A stretch of 64,000 bases of DNA. Source: an uncultured Anaerolineales bacterium (GTDB taxonomy: Bacteria > Chloroflexota > Anaerolineae > Anaerolineales > UBA11858). The stretch spans positions 20,428 through 84,427 of the forward strand of contig CAZVPR010000002.1 of NCBI GenBank assembly GCA_964629085.1, written 5' to 3'. A model generated the notes under the pieces. That model saw only the letters and a program-made list of their open reading frames with translations. It was not told the origin of the DNA and did no database searches. Numbering within the stretch: position 1 is the first letter of the stretch; each line of letters opens with the position of its first letter. Positions 35,056-42,893 of the stretch are shown piece after piece. Made by a program: the position numbers and the translations under genes.

Positions 35056-36636
35056 ATGAAGAAAAAACCCTTTACCATTCTAACCATTCTGCTCAGTTTA
35101 TCGATCCTGGCCTGTGTATTTGCAGAAACCGTTGCCGGACAAGTACTCACAGGCGCCGATGGTCATCGCCAGGACGCTGATATCTCTGAGAGTACTGATA
35201 ATAATTCATCCATCCCCCTTCTCCTGGATTTTCCCACAGATACTTCACAAGCCAGCAATCAAATCACAGACGGGTATTACCTCTTTTCACCAATTCGCTC
35301 TACCGAGACCTACCTGATGGACTCCAATGGAGTGGCTGTTTTCACCTGGCAGAGCGATTACACTCCCGGTCACGCGGTCTATTTCTTAGATAACGGCAAC
35401 CTGCTGCGATCCGGAAGCCTGGGCCGCGGTACCTTCAGTGCCGGCGGCGTGGGCGGGGTCATTCAGGAGGTCGCCCCCGATAACAGCGTGGTTTGGGAAT
35501 TCCAATACGCCGATGGCCTGGTCCAACAGCACCACGATATCGAGCAATTGCCCAACGGCAACATTCTGTTGATCGCCTGGGAGTTGAAGACCCGAGAAGA
35601 AGCTATCGCCGCCGGACGTGACCCCAGCTTGCTAGATGAGGGCGAACTCTGGCCGGATCATGTTGTTGAGGTGGATCCTGCCACCCATGAGATCGTCTGG
35701 GAATGGCATGTCTGGGACCACCTCATTCAGGATTACGACTCCAGCAAGCCTAACTATGGCATGGTTGCGGACCACCCTGAACGGATCGATCTCAACTATA
35801 CCGTCAACCGTAAAGCTGGTGCCGATTGGAACCACACCAACTCGATCGATTACAATGCCGACCTCGACCAAATCATCCTCAGTGTGCTGGGGTTCGGCGA
35901 GATTTGGATCATCGACCATAATACGACTACGGAAGAAGCCGCTGGACCGGCCGGCGACCTGCTTTATCGCTGGGGTAATCCCGAGGCATATGACACTGGA
36001 ACCGCGCAGGATCAGCAACTTTTTGGTCAGCATGATGCCCAATGGATTCCCACTGAGTATCCTGGCGGCGGCAACATCTTGATCTTCAACAACGGCGACC
36101 GCCGCACGCGGGCTTACTCCTCCGTGGACGAGATTATGCCCCCCCTTAACAGCGATGGCAGTTATGCGCTCACAGCGGGTACTGCTGATAAGCCAGAGAC
36201 CACAACCTGGTCCTACGCTTCCCCCAACGATTTCTACGCCGATCATATCTCCGGTGCACAGCGCCTGCCCAATGGCAACACGCTGATCTGCAGCGGGACC
36301 GACGGGCGCTTCTTCGAAGTGACTCCCGCTGGGGAAATCGCCTGGGAATACAATTATGGCGCCGAGGTCTTCCGGGTCTCGCAGATCGCTGCCGATCATC
36401 CTGGTTTGGCAAGCCTAGCTCTGCAACCTGGTGATGTGCTGATCGGTGAGAGTGGTGTTCGAAACCAAAGCTCTGGGGGCCAACTCCAGGACAATGGTTC
36501 CCCTCCGCAACCGGCGATAAACGCCTGCAATGGCTTGGTCGAAGGAGACGCCTGCACAGTTCAACTACCCAAACGGACGGTAAACGGTTCTTGCCAGACT
36601 ATTCAGAACCAATTGGCCTGCGCACCAGACGGATAA
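35056..36636 (+). CDS. Exported arylsulfotransferase-like beta-propeller protein ending in the 4-Cys module
   Basis: ATG 35056 (SD GGAG). Signal peptide with a lipobox-like ILAC. The blocks DNGNLLRSG, VQQHHDIEQLPNGNILLIAWE, NHTNSIDYN and LPNGNTLIC resemble the ASST beta-propeller family. The C-terminus is PPQPAINACNGLVEGDACTVQLPKRTVNGSCQTIQNQLACAPDG. Confidence 0.55.
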   Translation: MKKKPFTILTILLSLSILACVFAETVAGQVLTGADGHRQDADISESTDNNSSIPLLLDFPTDTSQASNQITDGYYLFSPIRSTETYLMDSNGVAVFTWQSDYTPGHAVYFLDNGNLLRSGSLGRGTFSAGGVGGVIQEVAPDNSVVWEFQYADGLVQQHHDIEQLPNGNILLIAWELKTREEAIAAGRDPSLLDEGELWPDHVVEVDPATHEIVWEWHVWDHLIQDYDSSKPNYGMVADHPERIDLNYTVNRKAGADWNHTNSIDYNADLDQIILSVLGFGEIWIIDHNTTTEEAAGPAGDLLYRWGNPEAYDTGTAQDQQLFGQHDAQWIPTEYPGGGNILIFNNGDRRTRAYSSVDEIMPPLNSDGSYALTAGTADKPETTTWSYASPNDFYADHISGAQRLPNGNTLICSGTDGRFFEVTPAGEIAWEYNYGAEVFRVSQIAADHPGLASLALQPGDVLIGESGVRNQSSGGQLQDNGSPPQPAINACNGLVEGDACTVQLPKRTVNGSCQTIQNQLACAPDG

Positions 36637-36757
36637 GAAACCATGACGCGGTACCTCGGAAATTTGGTATTGGGTATTGGATAATCGGTATTCGTACCTC
36701 ATTACCCAATACCTAAAACCTGAACATTACCAAACGCTTACAAGCCCCCAACCCGGC

Positions 36758-36801
36758 CTGAACAGCTTCTAAGCAATTTCTGAACAACCTTTTGCTATGC
36801 T
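36758..36801 (+). promoter_or_regulatory. Activator-box promoter 3: three in-phase repeats CTGAACA / CTAAGCA / CTGAACA plus TATGCT hexamer
   Basis: Repeats start at 36758, 36769 and 36780 (11-bp phasing). The 9-nt spacer ACCTTTTGC precedes TATGCT (36796-36801). ATG 36842 has SD AGGAGG. Confidence 0.6.
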
Positions 36802-36841
36802 TATAGCAAGATACCAAAGCACGTGTATGCAGGAGGATGTC

Positions 36842-38299
36842 ATGAACAAGAATTTATTTTTCATCATGGTTTTAGTTAGCGCTTTGTTTATTGCACAAAT
36901 GGCGTGCTCAATACCCGGCTCATCCGAGGCACAGGTTGAAGGCTCCCAGCCTGTCAATGCGCTGGAAGAGAACGAAGAGGAAGGAATAGCAGATGTACCA
37001 GCGGCAACACAAGCACCTTCTCCACAACCGGGCCAGGGCAACAATCAGCCGGGCGGCGGCCAACAAAATCAGGGCAACCAGGGCAATAATCAACCGGGTG
37101 GTGGTCAACAACCGCAGGGAAACCAACCCTGCCAGGATGGCTTCATCGCCAATGGCAACATTGCCAACGGGCAAGTATTCGAATCAGACGAGAGTTTTCA
37201 AGTGATTTGGACATTGGAAAATACCGGCAATTGCACCTGGAACAGCGGTTATGTTCTGAAGATGCTTGGCGGCGATATTATTACTTCAGAAAGCGAACTA
37301 GCAGTGAGTGCAACGGTAAACCCTGGGAACACGACCACCCTTTCAGTAGACATGCAAGCCCCCTCAACGCCAGGCAATTATGTATCCGCCTGGAAAATGA
37401 CCGATGGACAGGGCCATGCCTTTGGGTTGGATTCTCCCCCTAATGCTCCCTTGCGGGTAGCTATCAAAGTCATCCCGGCAGGCAACCAGGGCAATCAATC
37501 CAACCCCACCCCCGAAGCGAATCCCGATGCGGCAGTAACCGGGAGCGGGCAAACCTTGCTCGACGGGCAGTGCTTCGACCTCAACAGCGGCCAGGAAGTC
37601 GCTTGCAACAACAGCGCCGCCGATGTGATGTATCAGTTCAACCCGGTAACCAGCGGAAAATTCCATGGCCAGAACAACACCAACCTGGCCAACAACCGTG
37701 ATGAAGAGCCCGATAAAGCAACTTGCGAAGCAGAAACGTATCCGCCCATGGCGCATTCAGCACTGGAAGACAAGTACTTTTGCTTCCAAATCAACAATAT
37801 CGTCAACACTACCTACGGCTGGATGCGAGTCGAACGCTTCGATCAAGACGGCGTCACCTTCGATTTCATGACCTTCAAGACTGACCCGCCTGTCGCTCAG
37901 CCGATCAACCCCAATGCCCTCTTCGTCGAGAGCCAGGGTGATCAGGTTACCATGTTAAAAGGCGAATGCTTCGATGTAGGGAATGGCCAACTCAACGAGC
38001 AGTGCACAGGCGTTTTCGCCGGCTTCCTGTACGAAGAAACTACCAAACGAAATATCACTGTCATGCAGATCAACCCCAGCGAAGTTACATATGCAGCTGC
38101 TTTGAGTTTTGAACCAAACAAATCGGATTGTGAAACTGCCAGTTATAACCAATCCCCTATCTGGCCCATCAAAGAAACGGAATACTATTGCTACCAATTC
38201 ACATCGGGAATCAATACTCATTACGGCTGGCTGCGCCCGACTTATTTTGACACCAACGGCATGACCTTTGATTATCTGACCTGGCAGGCGATGCCATGA
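36842..38299 (+). CDS. Exported protein: NBR1-FW-like Ig domain plus two copies of an unnamed 4-Cys ~120-aa domain
   Basis: ATG 36842 is preferred. Signal peptide and a Q/G/N-rich linker. WTLENTGNCTWNSGYVLKMLGGD...PGNYVSAWKMTDGQGHAFG matches the NBR1-like bacterial Ig fold. The C-terminal halves repeat: GQCFDLNSG...TYGWMRVERFDQDGVTFDFMTF and GECFDVGNG...HYGWLRPTYFDTNGMTFDYLTW. Confidence 0.55.
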   Translation: MNKNLFFIMVLVSALFIAQMACSIPGSSEAQVEGSQPVNALEENEEEGIADVPAATQAPSPQPGQGNNQPGGGQQNQGNQGNNQPGGGQQPQGNQPCQDGFIANGNIANGQVFESDESFQVIWTLENTGNCTWNSGYVLKMLGGDIITSESELAVSATVNPGNTTTLSVDMQAPSTPGNYVSAWKMTDGQGHAFGLDSPPNAPLRVAIKVIPAGNQGNQSNPTPEANPDAAVTGSGQTLLDGQCFDLNSGQEVACNNSAADVMYQFNPVTSGKFHGQNNTNLANNRDEEPDKATCEAETYPPMAHSALEDKYFCFQINNIVNTTYGWMRVERFDQDGVTFDFMTFKTDPPVAQPINPNALFVESQGDQVTMLKGECFDVGNGQLNEQCTGVFAGFLYEETTKRNITVMQINPSEVTYAAALSFEPNKSDCETASYNQSPIWPIKETEYYCYQFTSGINTHYGWLRPTYFDTNGMTFDYLTWQAMP

Positions 38300-38409
38300 A
38301 TGGTGGGAAGTTGATTGTTGATAATGGGCAGAATTGTGAGACACTGCCCACATGCTAACTTGCTTACTTGCCCACACGCCCACTTACAAACTTGCACTAT
38401 AATTAAACT

Positions 38410-39105
38410 ATGAACAAAACCATCCTCGTCGTAGACGACAAAGCCAATGTGCGCACCCTCTTGCGGGAATATCTGACCGAAGAGGGTTTTCACGTTGTGA
38501 CGGCCGAGAACGGCCAGGAGGCGCTATACGTCGCCCGCCACGAAAAACCCGATCTGGTCATCCTGGACATTATGATGCCCGAAATGGGCGGCTATGATTT
38601 CCTGCGTGCCTACCGCAAAGAGCAAGATACGCCGGTGATCATGTTAACCGCCAAGATCGAAGAATCCGACAAAGTACTCGGTTTAGAACTGGGCGCCGAC
38701 GACTACGTCACCAAGCCATTCGGCATGCGCGAGATTGTCGCCCGCATCCGGGCCGTGCTGAGGCGCACCGGCCAGACCGCGCCCCCCTCCGAGGTGCTGC
38801 GCGGTGCCGATATCACCCTCGACAAAGGAGGCCATACCGTCAAAGTCGGCGACGATTTCATCGACCTGACTCCCTCTGAATTTGATTTACTAGCCGTACT
38901 GCTGGAATCCCCAGGGCGAGTCTTCTCTCGACTGGATTTACTGGAAAAATTGCAGGGCACCGCTTTTGAGGGCGTGGAACGAACCATCGATGTCCACATC
39001 CGCAACTTGCGCACCAAGATCGAACCCGACCCCAGCCAGCCGCGCTATATTGAGACCGTTTTCGGTGTGGGATACCGATTCGGAGCGGGGAGCAGTGAGC
39101 GGTAA
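38410..39105 (+). CDS. OmpR/PhoB-family response regulator
   Basis: 231 aa. Receiver domain (ILVVDD, phospho-Asp in LVILDIMMP, LTAK) and winged-helix output (LTPSEFDLLAVLLESPGRVFSR..., IETVFGVGYRF). Confidence 0.95.
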   Translation: MNKTILVVDDKANVRTLLREYLTEEGFHVVTAENGQEALYVARHEKPDLVILDIMMPEMGGYDFLRAYRKEQDTPVIMLTAKIEESDKVLGLELGADDYVTKPFGMREIVARIRAVLRRTGQTAPPSEVLRGADITLDKGGHTVKVGDDFIDLTPSEFDLLAVLLESPGRVFSRLDLLEKLQGTAFEGVERTIDVHIRNLRTKIEPDPSQPRYIETVFGVGYRFGAGSSER

Positions 39106-39164
39106 GCCGAGAGCATTTGACCCTCATCCTCACCACTCTCCATTGTCCACTTCCCACTAAAATT

Positions 39165-40649
39165 ATGCGCTCATTAACTCCCAAACTACTGCTCGCCTTT
39201 GTCTGTGTCAGTCTGACGGTGGCAGTATTAGGCGCGGCGATCATTCGCTATACATCCCAAAAAGAATTCGAGGATTTAGCACTCAATAACGCCCGCAACA
39301 ATTTCATCAATCGGGCCAGTACCTATTACCGTACCACCGGTTCCTGGGAGGGCTACGCACCGATATTCTTTGGCCAGACCGCGGCTCAGGCGCAGAATCA
39401 ACCCAACCAACAGAGGCCCCCCCTCCAAGGGCAACCGCAGAATCAACCCCCAAATCAGCGTCCACAAGGTCAACCTGAACCTGATCCCAATGATCAACAA
39501 AGGCAACAAGGTCTCACATTTATATTGGTTGACGTGGATGGACGCATTGTGATTCCCGTGCGACCGTACCGAGTGGGGGAATTCGTGCCGGATGAGTTGC
39601 TTTCGGATAGTATCGACATTGAAATTCGCGGCGAGGTGGTTGGTAGCGTGATTACCCTCGGTGAGTTACCTCCCCTGGATCAACGCGAACTGCGTTTCCT
39701 GGAGCGCACCAATAATTCACTGATTTTCGCAACCCTGGGTGCCACCGCCATCGCCATGATCATCAGTTTGGTGCTGACGCGCGGCCTGACACGTCCGCTG
39801 CGAGAATTGACCGGCGCTATTCGATCGCTCCCTCAGGGCGGCATGGGCCAGCAGGTAAGCGTGCGAACCAGGGATGAGATCGGCCAACTGGCCCAAGCTT
39901 TCAACCTGATGAGCGCTGATCTGGCTCGGCTCAGTGAACAGCGCCGCCAAATGACTGCCGATATAGCCCACGACTTACGCAGCCCGCTGACTGTCATTGG
40001 AGGATACATCGAATCGATGCGCGATGGTGTACTACAGCCCACGCCCCAACGATTGAACGCCATTCACGATGAAGTGCAGCATCTGGAGCGCCTGGTAGAA
40101 GACCTGCGCACGCTTTCCCTGGCTGACGCCGGAGAACTCTCACTCAACCTGGCATCCATCTCGCCGGCCGGATTGCTAGAACAGGTCCAGGCTGCTTATC
40201 AGCACGCCGCCGAACGCAAGAACCTGACATTGGCGACGAGTGCCAATGGCAGACTGCCTACCTTCAATGCCGATCCCGACCGCATCATGCAGGTATTAGG
40301 CAACCTGGTCAGCAATGCCATCCGACATACGTCCGAAGGAGGAAAGATCAGTGTGCAGTGTGCAGTGTTCAGTGAGCAGGTGGCCTTTAGCAGTCAGCAG
40401 CCCTTCTCCCGTCATCCGTCCTCAGTCATCTTCACCATCAGTGACACGGGCTCTGGAATTCCCGCCGATGATTTGCCTCGCATCTTCGACCGTTTTTACC
40501 GTGTGGACGACTCGCGCCACGGCGGGGAGGGCGAATCCGGGCTGGGGCTGGCGATCGCCAAATCAATCGTCGAGATGCATGGGGGTACAATTGGGGTCGA
40601 GAGTGAGTTAGGGCGAGGGACGACCTTCACCATTTCATTACCCCTCTAA
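39165..40649 (+). CDS. Sensor histidine kinase (2 TM, Q/N/P-rich periplasmic domain, HAMP, HisKA, HATPase_c)
   Basis: ATG 39165 is preferred. H-box IAHDLRSPLT, N-box LGNLVSNAIRHT, and G-boxes DTGSGI and GLGLAIAK. Extra residues lie between the N-box and the G1-box. Confidence 0.9.
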   Translation: MRSLTPKLLLAFVCVSLTVAVLGAAIIRYTSQKEFEDLALNNARNNFINRASTYYRTTGSWEGYAPIFFGQTAAQAQNQPNQQRPPLQGQPQNQPPNQRPQGQPEPDPNDQQRQQGLTFILVDVDGRIVIPVRPYRVGEFVPDELLSDSIDIEIRGEVVGSVITLGELPPLDQRELRFLERTNNSLIFATLGATAIAMIISLVLTRGLTRPLRELTGAIRSLPQGGMGQQVSVRTRDEIGQLAQAFNLMSADLARLSEQRRQMTADIAHDLRSPLTVIGGYIESMRDGVLQPTPQRLNAIHDEVQHLERLVEDLRTLSLADAGELSLNLASISPAGLLEQVQAAYQHAAERKNLTLATSANGRLPTFNADPDRIMQVLGNLVSNAIRHTSEGGKISVQCAVFSEQVAFSSQQPFSRHPSSVIFTISDTGSGIPADDLPRIFDRFYRVDDSRHGGEGESGLGLAIAKSIVEMHGGTIGVESELGRGTTFTISLPL

Positions 40650-40679
40650 ATCTAAGCTATCAAACCTCCGCCCAGCCGC

Positions 40680-41171
40680 ATGGCTGCCAATAAATCCAGA
40701 ATGCCCGAAGCCACATATTTTAAAACGTTTGTCTATTTGTTGTGTTCGCTGGCAGTGATAATATCTGCCTGTAATTGCAGTCAGAGCGAAAATAATCCCA
40801 TAAGCACCCCAACCCCAACTGATGAGATGGTGCCAACCTCTAAACGGGAAGCTTATTACATCAATATGCCATCACAACCTGGGGTGGTGGTCTATAACCG
40901 GGTAGAGGCCTTCATTCAGGCCCATGATTTCATGGATGCATTCCAAGCCGCGCTGAGCGATGGCCAATTTTCAGAGGATGAGCTGGAGCAAATAGCCCAA
41001 TTAGCCGCCAACGCCGAAGCCAGCCTGTACAATACCGGCGACTGGCCGCTTTTTGAACACGCCCGGCAAATAGACAAACTTAGTAAACATGCCTTTCGGG
41101 GGGAATTGGCCCAAGCGGAGATTGGGATTGGCGAACTGAAAAGATCATTACCCCGCCGGCCGCGGCCTTGA
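40680..41171 (+). CDS. Small lipoprotein-like hypothetical protein downstream of the kinase
   Basis: 163 aa. Lipobox-like IISAC, a helical acidic body and a basic tail RRPRP. It starts 30 bp after the kinase stop on the same strand. Confidence 0.5.
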   Translation: MAANKSRMPEATYFKTFVYLLCSLAVIISACNCSQSENNPISTPTPTDEMVPTSKREAYYINMPSQPGVVVYNRVEAFIQAHDFMDAFQAALSDGQFSEDELEQIAQLAANAEASLYNTGDWPLFEHARQIDKLSKHAFRGELAQAEIGIGELKRSLPRRPRP

Positions 41172-41305
41172 GGCGATTTTCCAACAAAGCCACCCTGCCT
41201 CGGTACCAGAGGCAAGTTGAGTTGCTATCAGTACAACAGAAACCAAGGTTTTCCAGGAATTTTGATAAAGCCTGACATTTTGACAAGCGGTTTTTTCCAA
41301 ATTGC

Positions 41306-41698
41306 TTAAGATCCACTGCTGTCGAAGACCTGGATGCGGTGGTTGTTACCGTCCGCCACGTAGATGTTCCCGGCGCTGTCCACCGCCACGTCGGCTGGAT
41401 ATTTGAACTCCCCGTCCGCGCTGCCCCATGACCCCCACGTGCGTAGAAAAGTCCCGCTGCTATCGAAAACCTGGATGCGATAATTGAAGAAATCCGCTAC
41501 GAAGACGTTCCCGGAGCTGTTCACCGCCATGCCCCATGGGTAATGGAACTCCCCGTTCCCGCTGCCCCTTGACCCCCATTTTAGGATGAAGTCGCCTACA
41601 GCGGCGTAGGCAATCTGGGAAATGACCAGCGTCAGAATTAGCGTCAGGATGGTCGGCTTCGACCATCGTCGGGTTCGGTGGGGCTTTGGAGTTGGCAT
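41306..41698 (-). CDS. Short membrane-anchored NHL-repeat protein (only two full repeats)
   Basis: 130 aa. N-terminal anchor KPTILTLILTLVISQIAYA. NHL blocks GEFHYPWGMAVNSSGNVFVADFFNYRIQVFDSSG and GEFKYPADVAVDSAGNIYVADGNNHRIQVFDSSG. Confidence 0.7.
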   Translation of the reverse strand: MPTPKPHRTRRWSKPTILTLILTLVISQIAYAAVGDFILKWGSRGSGNGEFHYPWGMAVNSSGNVFVADFFNYRIQVFDSSGTFLRTWGSWGSADGEFKYPADVAVDSAGNIYVADGNNHRIQVFDSSGS

Positions 41699-41829
41699 GG
41701 AGGGTTGGGTTGGTCATCCTACCTGCTGATGTATTCACCCTCAGATACTGGGTGTCAATCTGCGACGTATGGTGTGCGTCATCTATTGAGAGCGCAAGCA
41801 GCCAAAGGGCCTCTGCTATAATCATCGGG

Positions 41830-42816
41830 ATGTCTGCACTAGAGAAGTACCTGGATCAGTCCCTGGAGGTACGCGCCAGCCTGATAGATGCTGACCACAC
41901 TCAAGCGTTGCGTTTGTTCAGCGGATTCTACAAAGGTTGTCCTGACCTCGTTGTCGATCTTTATGGGGAAACGTTGGTTTTGTTCAATTACGGGGAAAAT
42001 GGGGATATATTGGAATCCGCTCAGGAAATCCTTTTGGAAAAATTACCCTGGATTAAATGCGTGTTTCTTAAGACTCGCTCGGCGCGTGATCCTGTTCAAA
42101 GGAGGGGGGTGCTTGCCTTTGGACATTCACCAACCGAAAAAGTCCAGGAGCACGGCATCTGGCACGCCCTCGATTTGCAATTAAACCAGGATGCCAGCTT
42201 CTACCTGGATACTCGCAACTTGCGCAAATGGCTGCTGGACCATGCCTCTGGCTGGCGCGTGCTGAACACGTTCGCCTACACCGGCAGCCTGGGGGTTGCC
42301 GCGCTGGCCGGGGGTGCAGAATACGTGCTGCAGACCGATCTCAAGCGCAAGTTCCTGGAGCTGGCCCGAAAGAGCGGCATGCTCAACCGGCTGGATATCG
42401 GCAAAATGAAATTGAGGGCGAACGATTTCTTCAGCATGGTCGCCGAACTCAAACACAAAAGAGAGCTTTTCGACTGCGTGATCCTGGACCCGCCTTTCTT
42501 TTCCAGCACCAAGAAAGGCTCGGTGGATCTAGTCAAAGAAAGCACACGCCTGATCAACAAGGTGCGTCCCTTGGTGGCCGATGGCGGCTATCTGGTGGCA
42601 ATCAATAACGCCCTATTTCTCAGCGGGGCAGATTATATGCGCTCATTAGAAGAGCTGTCAAAAGACAGATATCTGTCCATCGAAGCAACGATCCCCATCC
42701 CCCCCGATATCACTGGCTTCCCAAACACAATTGTGAACACGCCGCCCACCGATCCAGCTCCCTTCAACCATCCCACCAAAATAGCCATCCTGAAAGTGCG
42801 GAGAAAAAACATGTAA
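41830..42816 (+). CDS. Class I SAM-dependent methyltransferase, RlmI/RlmK-like (PF10672-type)
   Basis: ATG 41830 is preferred; the upstream part of the track ORF overlaps the divergent NHL gene. VLNTFAYTGSLGVAALAGGA (motif I) and FDCVILDPPFF (motif IV). Confidence 0.6.
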   Translation: MSALEKYLDQSLEVRASLIDADHTQALRLFSGFYKGCPDLVVDLYGETLVLFNYGENGDILESAQEILLEKLPWIKCVFLKTRSARDPVQRRGVLAFGHSPTEKVQEHGIWHALDLQLNQDASFYLDTRNLRKWLLDHASGWRVLNTFAYTGSLGVAALAGGAEYVLQTDLKRKFLELARKSGMLNRLDIGKMKLRANDFFSMVAELKHKRELFDCVILDPPFFSSTKKGSVDLVKESTRLINKVRPLVADGGYLVAINNALFLSGADYMRSLEELSKDRYLSIEATIPIPPDITGFPNTIVNTPPTDPAPFNHPTKIAILKVRRKNM

Positions 42817-42893
42817 CGCAGAGATGCAGAGTACTATTATTTTTTTCCTGCACCTCTGCGTTATTATTTACCCAACCTATCAGACACTGGAGA

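Noticed and set aside
35632-36399. 255-aa ORF antisense to the ASST-like gene
   Set aside because: It is a shadow ORF. The sense-strand product has recognisable family blocks and a signal peptide.
33327-36841. Longer N-terminal extensions offered by the ORF track (starts at 33327, 35032 and 36797; likewise 7523, 39117, 41686, 25780, 55382 and 63968)
   Set aside because: In each case an internal ATG has a Shine-Dalgarno sequence and begins a signal peptide or conserved N-terminus. The extension overlaps a promoter element, a repeat hairpin or a neighbouring gene.
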